DNA from: Octopus bimaculoides
Taxonomy: Eukaryota
Direction of reading: 5' to 3'
DNA length: 64,000 nt
Assembly: GCF_001194135.2 (NCBI RefSeq)
Contig: NC_068984.1
Location: 39,992,353-40,056,352 of the forward strand
Shown here: piece by piece, positions 25,601 through 36,954 of the stretch
Position numbering within the stretch: position 1 is the stretch's first letter
Layout of the letters: the number at the start of each line of letters is the position of its first letter
Translations under genes and position numbers: made by a program
The notes under the pieces: generated by a model
Database searches by the model: none
Seen by the model: only the letters and a program-made list of their open reading frames with translations
What the model was told of the DNA's origin: nothing

Positions 25601-27833
25601 AAATTAATTCTTTCATATTAATTTTGCCTTGGTTTTATATATTAATATTCGCTTTCAAACTTTTTTAAAGCAAATTTGAGTGGAAATTATTAACATACAA
25701 GCTTAGAACTAAAATTAAGAATTCATTTATTTTTATAATTACTTGGGAAAGAAATTTATATATTTTAATTTTTCTGAAAATGATGTCATCATCAATTGAC
25801 GTTTGTTTTCCATGCTGGCACAAAGAAAAAATTTTATTCTAGAAAGTGCACAAGAGTGTTTATGTTTAGATTCAGTTCTGTGGGGAGTGTACATAGGACT
25901 GAAAGAGATTTTATAAAATTGCTTTTAGAATCGTAAGAAAAAATTCAGTCAACACTGATAACTGGTATGTCTAAATTTACATGAGATCAATATTGGTAAT
26001 AAAAGTAATGTTGTATGATTGTACCATTTCAAAAGTAATAGTGCTTTGATAAAATACTATTTTGTCCTTCTTGCCTGTCTATTGTTGGAACCAGATATCT
26101 ATAATGCATCCATTTTGGTGTTTACATATTTAATGTGAAACTACTTATACCCGAGCCAACCAAAGACACGTGAGGATTTGGGAGATGGAAACTGAAAGAA
26201 GCCTGTCGTATACATTCATACATACATATATGTATTTATGTCTTCTTGTCTTGACATTGTGTGACAGTTGTAAATAAGTGCCACTGTTGTACAAGCATTT
26301 CCAAGATTTCGCGAACTCATGTCTGGCCATGGGGAAATATTACCTTGTTTGGAAACAGGCGAGGGTTGGCGACATGGGCATCCGGTCGTAGAAAATCTGC
26401 CTCAATAAACTCTGTCCAATATATGCAAGCATGGAAAAGTGGACGCTAAAGCGATAACACACACACAAGGTCATAAATTTGTGAAAGAAAAAGTGGAATG
26501 ACAGGTTATGATAGTAATGTAATGAGGAAATATTCGTGCATGAAGGCAGTGTGGATGCAGTTGGTCAGGGGTTAGTAATTTTATGGAAATTAAGTTTGTG
26601 TTAGTAACAATACAAACTCAGTGTGAGTAGAAATGTTAATGAATGTCCTCAATAATAAACGAGTATTTAAATGTCGTATATTGTGAAGAAGAATAGGAAC
26701 AAGTTTTGCAGGATATAATGCTTGTGGGCTGGGGGTCTGGCATCTTCAGTTACTGCAAAAAAAGTTATATTAATAAATACTATGCAGTTACGAGCAGACG
26801 ACGATGTAGAATGAAAGAGTTTTGTAATTTTAAAATTAGAAAGACACGTAAAAATCATTAGTTTTTATTTACACTGTTTCTTAATTCCTTTATAAGCATG
26901 TCAATAAGTACAATTATTCAATAGCCTTTAATTACGAACCAGCGAAAGGGCCTTTTGCGTAGTAGCTCACCTGTTACATACATCAACCGAATCTCGCTCA
27001 AAACACCCACTAAATTAAAAAAACACAGAAACACCACAAAAAAAGACTGGTCATAGATGGAAAACCTTTGATCAGAGGGCTGCGCGATCAAGATTGACCT
27101 GGGTTGAAATACATAAACTTTAAGTCTATTCTTTAGTGTTATATTTGAAACCTATCTGGTGAATTTACAATGTAAAGAAAATGTAACTTTAATATGATTT
27201 TAATTCATGAAATCCTAAATGTCATATGTTCAATTTATTTCGTAAAATATCTTTATGCCACAATTTGTTGAGTCATTTACTCATTGCTAACAAAACTGGA
27301 ACATAGTCCAAATAATTAAATATTTCAGCAGAAGTACGAAGTATATGTATATCTAATTAATTTAATTAGACAGGATAAAGTTCTAACGCATTGTATATAG
27401 TTGCGTAGGATGAAATAAATACAATAACATGAACTCGGAATAAAGACAAACTTTCAAGGTCACTTATCAATGGAATTAAATCGTTGTACTCATTAAAACA
27501 TAACGATACATTTTGTAATATATTAAGAAATAAGTGTTTTCCTTTATTTTGATAATCTATGAAACTATTTGTATTGAATTTTCCCCTTTTACAATTTATT
27601 TCAACAGATTTTTAATGATTTCGTTGAATATAAAAAAATACAGAGTAAGGGGATTTACAGAGTAGACCCGTTTTATATTCAATGATAGTTAACAAAATCG
27701 TGTAAAAGAAGTTAAAAAAAGGAAGTGAAATGTTATAAAATATATGCATCATGTGGTGGTATCAGACCTTAGTGTGCCGGCAAACAACAAAGAGAAGCCT
27801 TGACGAAGTGAACAAACTGAACGTAGCTGCCAT
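2541..27833 (-). CDS. MRPL45: Mitochondrial ribosomal protein mL45 (39S L45), 5' part. Coding exons 27833-27768, 24132-24010, 22537-22402, 2605-2541; remaining exons lie left of the window
   Basis: Spliced translation [22 protein letters not shown]|[41 protein letters not shown]|[45 protein letters not shown]|[22 protein letters not shown]. All junctions are GT-AG and in phase (66, 123, 136, 65 nt). The motifs PPR...[19 protein letters not shown] are recognised as mL45. Exon 1 (AAGATGGCAGCT start, presequence-like) is the least certain. Confidence 0.88.
5177..5410 (+). mobile_element. tRNA-derived SINE, family B (well-preserved copy). Other copies at about 3950-4120(-), 5995-6180(-), 10320-10538(-), 13270-13487(-), 48270-48440(+), 52330-52530(-)
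   Basis: ggcggcgagctggcagaa (A box)...gagttcaaattc (B box)...gtcgactttgcctttcatcc...aagtaccagt...ctggggtcgat; many similar copies in the window. Confidence 0.85.
7745..8385 (-). mobile_element. L1/Tx1-like LINE 3' fragment (zinc-knuckle C-terminus plus 3' UTR); second copy at about 13500-13925(-)
   Basis: Minus-strand translation ...[24 protein letters not shown]...[35 protein letters not shown]; AATAAA followed by a (TTA)n tail at about 7730-7760. Confidence 0.6.
8388..9860 (+). mobile_element. Decayed R4/Dong-clade non-LTR retrotransposon (RT domain to RLE C-terminus)
   Basis: Frameshifted [11 protein letters not shown]...[12 protein letters not shown], later [18 protein letters not shown] and [11 protein letters not shown]...[15 protein letters not shown]. 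Confidence 0.7.
10539..11948 (+). mobile_element. 5'-truncated, younger R4/Dong-clade LINE spanning an assembly gap (10902-11638), ending at (AAT)n
   Basis: Open frame [26 protein letters not shown]...[23 protein letters not shown]; after the gap [27 protein letters not shown]...[17 protein letters not shown]; 3' UTR then (AAT)n. Confidence 0.85.
12040..12715 (+). mobile_element. R4/Dong-like LINE fragment, N-terminal RT region
   Basis: [22 protein letters not shown]...[28 protein letters not shown] (RT domains 0-1), with upstream frameshifts. Confidence 0.75.
13006..13272. repeat. Microsatellites (GAA)n/(GGA)n at 13006-13075 and (AAT)n at 13189-13270. Others: (TG)n 15940-15985, (TA/CA)n 18310-18500 and 19370-19700, (AAT)n 11949-11989
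   Basis: Read directly from the sequence. Confidence 0.95.
14335..14700 (-). mobile_element. tRNA-derived SINE, family A (well-preserved copy). Other copies at about 2733-2900(+), 3750-3910(-), 6298-6620(+), 41540-41670(-), 43770-43870(-), 60590-60745(-), 62695-63150(+)
   Basis: gtggctgtgtggtaagtagcttgcttaccaaccacatggttccgggttcagtcccactgcgtggcatcttgggcaagtgtcttctactatagcctcggg...; repeated many times. Confidence 0.85.
14944..15230 (-). mobile_element. Penelope-like element remnant (GIY-YIG endonuclease)
   Basis: [37 protein letters not shown]...CMLC resembles the PLE motif F..RY.NH..SF......T.L.K.IW.LK...C.LC. Confidence 0.65.
16150..17045 (+). mobile_element. Decayed RTE-clade LINE 3' part with its 3' tail
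   Basis: [16 protein letters not shown]...[13 protein letters not shown]...SEMW...ERRLKW, followed by the aggaagagcatc...catgctagcatgga...gttaaatgat tail. Confidence 0.65.
18506..18695 (+). mobile_element. Young RTE-tail-derived short repeat with (GAT)n tail. Near-identical copies at 50070-50248(-) and 61678-61970(-); older copies at about 3157-3400, 6670-6825, 23150-23465
   Basis: tgacacgtaaaagcaccc...ggttggcgttaggaagggcatccagc...catgctagcatggaaagcggacgttaaacgatgatg; only a handful of differences between copies. Confidence 0.85.
20240..21000 (+). mobile_element. Decayed CR1/Jockey-group LINE RT fragment, interrupted by a MITE
   Basis: WKQASI.PIQKKG.PSDSINY.P...[12 protein letters not shown] before the insertion; [19 protein letters not shown] and FLLYINDLL after it. 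Confidence 0.6.
20539..20758. mobile_element. piggyBac-type MITE (220 bp, TTAA target-site duplication); related copy at about 22860-23080
   Basis: TTAA|CCCTTTAGTATTCAAA...TCTGAATGCTAAAGGG|TTAA: 16-bp TIR with 2 mismatches. Confidence 0.8.
21110..21540 (-). mobile_element. Possible decayed LINE fragment (APE endonuclease to RT linker)
   Basis: Minus-strand [20 protein letters not shown] resembles the SDH end of an APE domain; heavily disrupted. Confidence 0.3.
21672..22022 (+). mobile_element. tRNA-derived SINE with Meta/V-like core (family C). Related copies at about 961-1230(+), 45275-45470(+), 60880-61052(-)
   Basis: gcatggctcagtggttagagc...gagtttgattcc head followed by ttcttgagcaagacactttatttcatgttgctc...cactcagctg core. 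Confidence 0.7.
26160..26460 (+). mobile_element. Composite SINE (family A body plus RTE-derived 3' tail); similar copies at 3548-3910(-), 43520-43870(-), 53760-54150(+)
   Basis: SINE A core (ggaaactgaaagaagcc) runs into gggttggcgac...gggcatccggtcgtagaaaatctgcc...gcatggaaaagtggacg, which matches the RTE tail. Confidence 0.65.
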
Positions 27834-28209
27834 CTTGTGTGAGATGGAAAGCGAGGCTCGAGAAGTTGGTGCGAGAATTGATTCAGTCAGATTCTGAGAG
27901 GAAAGGAGATAAGAAACTCTAAGGTGAGTGTCTTCACTTGAAATTTATTTCTTCATTCATCTCTGCACAGAAATAATCAGTTACATATATTAGATGTTAT
28001 CTAAGGTAGTAATCTGCTAAACGATACATCCTCGCAGATAAATTTTGGCCTGCTTACGTAAACCAGAAACGATTTCGTTCCGGCTTGTTATTTAAATTCT
28101 AGTGACTACAGACGGCAGCGAAACTCCTTTTCCTTTACTCACCACATTTCTTTCAATAACTGCTGTTTTCTCTGCTAACAGACGAAGCAACAAACTCTAC
28201 AGTAACCAG
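27834..28209. promoter_or_regulatory. Putative bidirectional promoter / 5' exon region shared by MRPL45 (-) and BZW (+)
   Basis: The MRPL45 ATG is at 27833. Plus-strand donors are AAG|GTGAGT (27923) and CAG|GTATTA (28209). Pyrimidine TCT-like initiator CTCCTTTTCC at about 28124; locally raised CpG; YY1-like GCCATCTT (27830) and CCGCCATTT (about 28356). Confidence 0.55.
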
Positions 28210-29888
28210 GTATTATTATTATTACTGTATTCATATTACTTTATTTAAAACGATTATGTTTTCCCATCCTTTTCGCCAGCAGATACTAATCAGTGTTCTG
28301 ATTTTTTTTCTTCTCAATAAGGGATTTCAATATTCCCGTTCGTCCAGTTTGCCAGCCGCCATTTACTGTCGTTTTTATAACGTATTATATTATCAGTATT
28401 TTTCTCTTTAAAGCTTTTAAAACCTGTAGACTAATGCTTGATAACTTTACCCACTTGTAATCTGTAGCTTCCTTGTCTGAATTTTTGTATTTTCACTGGA
28501 TTTTATGTCCGTTTTTATTTAGCACATTCTGAGTTTATTCCATGAATCTCCAACTGTATGCTCTTTCTGTGTTATTCGATAGTCATTGAGAAGAAAAAAA
28601 TTAGATATTATGTTTCAGTAGGTATTACCTTGTTTTTACGTCAATTTAAGACGAGTTGAAAATCTTTTTTTCTGTACTATTTAGCACTTTACCGAATGGC
28701 CGCCTGCTGCACTGCTACAGACTGCTGCTAGTTCTAGTAATTTGATATCGCCTTTTATTCAGGCAATTATCTGACTAATTGAAGATAAATTTTTTTATAC
28801 CTGTGCTCATTTTCTTTATTAATGTCTTATAGCTACATAAAGACCTTTACCTTTATCTGAATGTTCTGCATAAACAGTTTTTTCCTTCACTTTTGACAAC
28901 GTTTTTAGTTCAGACCGGATGAGAGGAAGCACGCTGTATGAGAGAAAAAAAAAACTAATACCGACATAATTCCTTTATTTTAAAATTATGTTGTTAGTCA
29001 GTCATTGTCATCTTATTCTTAAATTATTAGTTGAAATATATCAAATTGAAATCGGTTATCTTTATTGGTTTTAGTTACACAAATTACTGCATTTTTTAGA
29101 TGACTAGTTCTAATAATGATAAGTCAGCGTGTTACAGTTGTCCATGAACGAACGAATCGTGAATCCACTGGCAACAAACCCACCCATTAGACTTCATACT
29201 TCCTCTCTACAAGGATGATCTTTCAGCATTCTTTCCTGTTTTAATTGTCAGAACTAGAAAAGAATATTTGAGACGATTTGTGAATTTCCTCTTTTCAGTC
29301 GTTATATGACTTCAATGGGACATTTTATTTTTAAATTGACCTATATTTAAGCTGAGTGTATGGTGTCTCGAGATAAAAAATAAATAAATAAAAACCACTT
29401 GCTTCGTTTGTTCATTGTTTATTATATTATATACAGTATATATTTTGATCGTTTCATTGGTTTTTCTTTATATACGCCTTAATTTTTTATGTAACTCAGA
29501 AAGTATGTTCTAGTCCACACCTTGTTACGATTAACCTTTTGTATATTTCATTGGCACAGAAGCCAACATTCAGCACCAAATAACTTTAAATTGTACATTA
29601 ATCTGTTTTGGTTTTGATGTTACTTGCGAAAGTTTAGTTTTTGTATTTCTTTGTCAGTTACGCTTAAATTAGTAAATCACCCATTCCTCCCTCCAATATT
29701 TTCGATTTACACTATTTTTAAATCCTTCACTTTCTGTATTACTGCTACCTCAAATCCTTATATATCTTTGTTTCTTCTGTCTGATACACATTTTGCATTG
29801 TTTTGTAAGTTTTTGTATCATCCACAGACTATATATATAGTCTGCTAATGACTTATGTGATTACTAGTTTAAAATTATTTTATTGCAG

Positions 29889-29899
29889 CATTTTTATGA
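29889..29899 (+). promoter_or_regulatory. Unfavourable AUG context of BZW (CATTTTT-ATG-A)
   Basis: T at -3 and A at +4, directly after the acceptor at 29888. Confidence 0.8.
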
Positions 29900-32800
29900 G
29901 TCAGAAGGCCCCAAAACCCATATTGTCAGGCCAGCGGCTGAAGACTAGAAAGAGGGGTAAAGTTTGATTTTGATTCTTTAAAATGTCTATTGTTCTTCTA
30001 ATTGGTTTGGCTTCTTTATATCTGGAAACTAATTTCCAAGATCCTACACGTTTCGTCATATATTCTAAGTACTATTTATAATTTGCCCTTTTTGTTTTGT
30101 TTTGCTAGATGAAAAAGAAAAATACGATCCTTCATCGTTTCGTGATGCCATTATTTTAGGCTTGAATGAGTGTTCAAATGATTTAGAGCAGGTAAGAGTT
30201 GTATTGTTTTGTTTTTTTTGAATCAGTCTATCCTTTGCTTTTTATACTTGGTTCTCAAAATTATTTCACTTTGGCACCTTTTCTTGTTACTTTAGTGACT
30301 TGTTTAGATGAAAGGCTTGTAAATTTATAACTCCAGTTGAAAGGATAATTTTCCATATTTTTGTGCGTAGATATTTGGAGTTGTTATATGTAGTTACAGT
30401 TCTCAGTTCACTTAGTTAAGTATATATACCATGATTATTATGTTTTAAAGCGAGGAACTTCTGTGTGATTTACTGTTACATTAACTTGAGATCAAATAAT
30501 CCTATTTCAGTTGGTCTGTGGTTGCTATCATGACTTTGTGGAGTATGTAATATTGCTGGTGTTTATATACGTCCTTATACCACTGTAGCTCATTTGTCTA
30601 TTTGAGATGGATAACTTTCAGTTGTAAACTATTATCAGTCTATCAGACTTTACCTTGATCAGTGGCCCGGTACAATAGTTGTAGTTCTGATGATTTAAAC
30701 TGGTGACTGACCAATTGTATAGCACTTGGTATACTATGACTCATCAAAAGTTTTTGTTCTTGCTAATCAGTTTTCTGATATGAAGTTGGCTGCCCTATTG
30801 TTGCATAACAAGTTTCAGATATAATTATTATTGAGCTGATAAATGTTAATTACATAGCAAAATGATTTAATTGTAAATGTTTTCTTCATAGGTTAGTAAG
30901 TATCTTGATACTGCTGGTTCACGTCTTGATTACCGTCGTTATGCTGAGGTGCTGTTTGATATCTTATTTACTGGAGGACAATTAGGTAAGTTTTTTTTTA
31001 TATACTTTTTTTTTTGATTGAAATTTGTTATCTTGGTGTAAACCTATTCATGATGCAGTATTTGTTATTGTTGGTAGTGTTTGTTTTTAAAAAATAGTTG
31101 TAATTTTGTCATCCAATTGAAGAATGGATCCTGATTGTTGGATATCTATAAAAAGTAAATACACTTTGCCACATAGTTCTGAATGTTAAATTGAAGTATG
31201 TGGAATTTCAGTATTTTTTTGTAGAGCTGAATTTGTATCAGTATAAGTTCTAATTTAACATAGGAATAAGTTTCTTCTTGCTAAAATTCAAAAAGATTTA
31301 AGATGTCATATGAAGGTAAAAGTGCTATTAAGATTATCAGATAGTGGAATATATAATTTATTGCAGTAGCCATTAATTGACTGGTTTTATTTTGGCTGGA
31401 GATTGTCAACATTAAGTGCTTCAGTTATAAACCATGAATGGTAATGGAAGTCTGGTACTGTTGCGTGGGTGGGCTGCTTTAGAGTGTAGTTATTCATTTG
31501 ATTGGTGCAGCTGTAACCAATCCTTAATGGAAATTCCATGTGTCCTTTGTAAACACATTTACAAACATTTTGCAATAAATATATCAACTACCATATATAG
31601 CTATAGATTTTTTTGCTTTATGTTCTGGAAGAACTGTGAGTATCCACGTTTTTAGCTCTCTGAATTTGAAATTAATGCTATTAATGCTGCTTAAACTGTT
31701 TGTTGGCCAATACCTACAGGAAAGACATGAGCAGGGAGCTCATACTGGTCAGTGTTCCACGAAGGATGGACTGGGTGCAGTCATTAGTGTCAGGGTGGTG
31801 GATAACAAAAATTGTTGAGAGTGCTGAAGTGGAGATGGTATAGAATCATCCATCACTGAAGAGCCAGAGGCCAGTGTAGGAGCAATAGAAAAAAGGCAAG
31901 GAGGAAACAGTTGCCTCTGCAGCAGAGGCTGGAGTATATGTCTGAGTGATTTTATGCCAGTCAGTCAAGTGGCCTTACTCTGGATAAGATTTAGGATGTC
32001 TTTGTGTTGCAGCTGCATCACTGACCTAGATTTGGGAACAATACTACACTGTGAAAGTCATTTGAGTGTTATAGAACAGGTTTTTATAGAATTTTCAAGA
32101 AAAACCATATCATAGGCTCATTTTTTTCTGAGGGTTTTCTCCACAATCTCACCACTTGTTGCAGTCCCTTATCTTTGTGATGTTTAGCCTCTACAGATCA
32201 GCCTTCACCACTACTTCCTTGGCCTTCATCTGTGTGTCCTTTGTATCAATGCACTCTTCTCTCTCGTGCACAGTATTTAATTCATTCCTCCTATATATAG
32301 TTTTCATTTAGTGTTCCAACATTCATGCTATGCATCCAATAGAGCATAACCTCATTTCTTTTCAGTCTTTGCATCCAAAGCCCACATTTTGCTACTGTGT
32401 AATATTTAAACTTAATATTCATAAAGCCTCATACAATCTACCCATCACTTGGGGCAAGAATCCTTCAAAATAGCTCCATGAATATTTTCCCCTCATTTTC
32501 CCAATTACTACGATTTGAAGAAGTTGTAAAAATTTTGTTTAATCTTATACATAGTCAGTGAGCCTGTACTGCTACAGTTTGTGGGCTGGTGCAAGATTTA
32601 TTCTGAAGGCAATTAGAAAGAATAGAGTGTAAAGCAAATGAAGAAATGAAAGCAGTTTGGCGACCAAAAAATGCTTTTATTTCTTCATTTGCTTTGTGCT
32701 ATCTTCTGTTAATGTAATGATTCTTACATCATGAGTATTCACTGATATTGTCATTTATAATTTTTAAATATATAGGAAAAGAATATTTAAAATTTTATCC

Positions 32801-35800
32801 AGTATTGAGAGGGATGTGATTTTTGCAGTATAGTGTTAATACTTTACCTTTTTGTAATCTTTACTTATTTTAACTGCAGCTATTAAAATACTGTATCTAT
32901 GATACAGTATTTAAAACAATTTCTCTAAATTTTTAGTTTCTTGATAAGGAGTAACCCCATTTCTTTTCAGTGGAACTGGTTAATGTTACTGTGGAGTATC
33001 ATTGAGGCTAAAAGTTGGCATATTTTTTTCAATGTTTGTCATATAACTCACATCCACACCACTGAAATAGTTACATATTGAAGGCTACAATCAAGTTATT
33101 TTATTAGTCCTCAATGTCCTTCCCCTTTGCATGAATTACATTGTTTATTGCACTAAGATTTACTGAGTTACCCTGTACTAAGAGCTTAAGGAATTAACTC
33201 TGTCAGCAATCACTAATTAAACTTATCCCTAACTCCAGTGCAGTGATCAACTTATCGAGTTTCTTGAAGACCTCACCCAGATCGCTGATGGTGACCCATG
33301 AGTGGATGTTGTTTGCTTTGATTTTGCTAAAGCTTTTAATTGTGTGTCACACAAAAGACTTATGGCAAAACACTGCAATGGGTGGGAAAAATGATCTTTT
33401 TAACTGGCTGGAGTCATCCATTCTCAGCCGAAAAGAGGTAGCGACTGTTCTAGGACAGCATTCTTCACCTTCTGAGATGTCGTTTTGTGTACCAAAGAGA
33501 ACTGTTCTTGGTCCCCTTTTGTTTATTGCATATTTTAATGACATAGATGCCACAGTACTGAAATATGCAGATGACATTAAGCTGTACCTTGAGATAAAAA
33601 GGAAAGATCCTGAACTGAAGCTGGCTGGGGACAAGTGTAGCATCATGCATTTTGGGAGGAAAAACCCAGCATCCACATGCTCCCTCCACAACACTAATAT
33701 CAAAAAGCCTTCTTGTGAATGTGACTTGGTCATTATTGCTGGACAAAAGCACTTCTCTAAAATTGTAAAGAAGGTCGAGGGTGTCATGGCATCACTCGGC
33801 AAGACCTTTGTCAGCTGTTCTCCAGCTATCTTTTTAAAGTTGTATATGACTATGGTGCAGCAACACTTGGAATTTGCATAATCAGTCTGGAACCCCTATC
33901 TTGCTCAGTACATTGTCCTCCTGGAAACTGTTCAGAGATGTGCAATCAAGCAAATATCCTCCATCAGGTATCTACCATACTCTGAATGCCTTGCTTCTCT
34001 GGGCATGGATACATTGAAGCTCTGATGTCTGGAAATGACTTGGTAAACACCTACAACATTATTAACCATCATGCCGACAACCACCTTGAGCACTGTTTTG
34101 AATTCCATATGTCTAATATGTGTAGGCATGCTTACAAAGTCAGAAAACAACACAGCTCTCATGACTTTTGGAAACATATTTTCACACTCAGTTGCTTAAG
34201 CATGGAACAAACTACCTGCACCAGTTAGCTAGTGAGACATTGCATCCTTTAAAACTTCCATGCTCCCTGAAATTCGCCAACACTACACCTGATATCCCCC
34301 CTCCATACGCATGACTCATACACTTCACTTTCCTGCCATTTGTACATAATTCTATGTATTATGCATGCACCTTTTGATAAGGTGTAGTGCACTATACACA
34401 ATAATTTCATTATTAAATGTCAGTGTTTTAACCATCTAGTTTATGATGAATATTTTGCTTACAATATATTTTTTCATTACAGTCCCACTCTCAAGGGGTG
34501 GAGGTTGGGGACAAGAAAATGGTATAATGGTTTTAAAACTTACAAATTAGTGGGTATTAAGATAAAAAGAAAACTAACAAAGTTTGCTTAGGTACGTTAT
34601 GTGTTTGATATTGCAGTGTCTAGTTCTATTGCTGTTCAACAAAATGGCTGTTAAAGACTGCCATCACTGCTTTAATTGCAACAATTATATGGTTGAAATT
34701 TCATCATTCATTTTCATTGAAATATCTTTACTAAAATGAAATTACATTTCTCTTTTTAATGTTTAGCACCTGGTGGGTTAATTGTTCAAGACACTGATCC
34801 AACTAAACCCTCTCGAGCTGATATATGTGTCTTTACTGCCGAAGAGAATGTAGAAACATTAAAGGCATTTTATGAAGTAAGTTCCATTTTATTCATTAAT
34901 GTTATGTTACCAATCATTATTTGAGGTTAATCTTTTGAGACAGTGTACATTTTTTTTTTTATTAGTATTTAGACAAATAAATGTTGATGCTTACTAAATA
35001 CCATTCATTGGTTTTGTATTTAAATTTGTTTCAGGTGTTCTTCAAGCTAATTAGACGGTACAAGTACCTTGAAAGATCTTTTGAAGATGAGTTGCAAAAA
35101 GTAAGTTGACTAAATTTTACACTTTCTATTTGTTCAGTGTGTGTGTGTGTGTACCAGTATATCCCTTTTTATCTTTTGAGCTTTAATAAATCATATCTGC
35201 TGGTATTGTGCAGAGATTAAGGCCTTTGTAAGTACATAGGTCATTGATAAGCCCTTTCCCATATTCTAATTTTATTAATTTAAATATCTTCAGTTTCACT
35301 TTCACAGCCACTGGAACACTTATGCTTGCGACTGTTGACTTAAATTGAAATATTTTCCCCTCATTTTTCTTATCTCTGAGAACTACGAGAGACTACTTTC
35401 AAATTTGATCTTATCACTTGCTTTATTTTCTTTTTGATTATTAGCCAAAAACCCCAACTGTCAAAGCATAATCGGTTTCAGTTTCCATTATTTTTATCTG
35501 ACCTCTGGGGAACTATCTTATTACATTTTCAACTTCTCTGCTCCTTCTTAGCTTTAGTTAATGTTTATATATATATATATATCCATTCAGTAATTCATGT
35601 TAATCCTGTATAAAATGTGAAAGAGTATTTTGACTTGAATTATTTTGCAGATTCTCATTTACCTCAAAGCTTACAGTGAGGAAGAGCGCTGTAAGTTGGC
35701 TATCATCACAGGGCTGTTCTTGGCAAATGGCCTGTGCTCAGCAAAAATTCTCTCAAGCCTCTTTGAACAACATGTTGTTAAAGAAGGTATGTTAAAATAA

Positions 35801-36920
35801 TAAACTTAACTTATTTTGTGACTTATTTCATGAATTTCTGTTTCTAATTTTCAATTTTAATAAAAACTAGTGATCACTTTATTTGATCAGTTTTATAAAG
35901 AATTCTAAAACTTTAGGGATATTTGAATAACTCTTTTTTAATTTAAGGTTTATCATTGGAATTTTCCACTATCATGTTCCGAACATGGTTGAATGAAAAA
36001 GATATTAATAGTGTGAGTGCCGCTATGAAACGTTCTCAAATTGAAAACCGCCTTTTGGTAAGTTTCCATTCAATACATGCTTAAATGTTTATATAATGTT
36101 TCTTTTTATTTTAATTTGTAAACTGATACTCATACTTTTTTTTTTGTCTGTGCAGGAACTATTTCCAATAAATAAACGCAGTCAGGAGGCTTTTCTCAAT
36201 CATTTCCAAGAAGCTGGTCTTGGACCAGTTGCTAATTTACAAGTCAGTTGTATTTTATCATTTCACCTTTTGATCTTGAATTTTTGATTGTTATACATTT
36301 AAAAATACGTTCTTTTTTTAAATGTTGACTTTTATTTGAAAAACTCGATCCTCCATTTCTTTTCATTTATTTTTTTAAGCGTGTCCAACAATCAGCCGAA
36401 GTAAAGAAAGAGTTACAAAAGGACTTGACAAGGATGATCAATGATAATGAACCCATAAAAGAGGTATTGTTAAAAATTGCTTCATTTTAAAATGTTATAA
36501 ATTCATCATAGTTTAGGTATTTATTTTTAGTTTGTCTTACTTTTTTCATCTATCAGAAATCCATTTGAGTTGGGGGGAGGGGATGACTACTTCTGAGTTG
36601 GCCTTTTGCAAACATAAAATGTTAGGTTGCAGTTTGACTTATAGCATATAATATCTTATGGCAGTTATGTCAATAGCCCTTAGTTTGATTAAAATTTTTT
36701 TTAATACCAAGTCAGATATATTGTGCAGTATTGAAAAAATATTCTGTAACAGCAATTTATTATTGATGTGCAGATTGTCTAGATTCATGTAAATAAGTGT
36801 GCTATTGAATTACATTTATTTCTCACCACTTTTGTCAAGCATACTGGTTATATGCTATGCAGTTTTGTTTCTCAACAATAAACTAAGAAACCTATATATA
36901 AATTTGAGTTTAGTAAACTT

Positions 36921-36954
<34 letters not shown>

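Noticed and set aside
33243-33881. 212-aa ORF as a host gene
   Set aside because: Frameshifted CR1 reverse transcriptase pieces; annotated as a mobile element.
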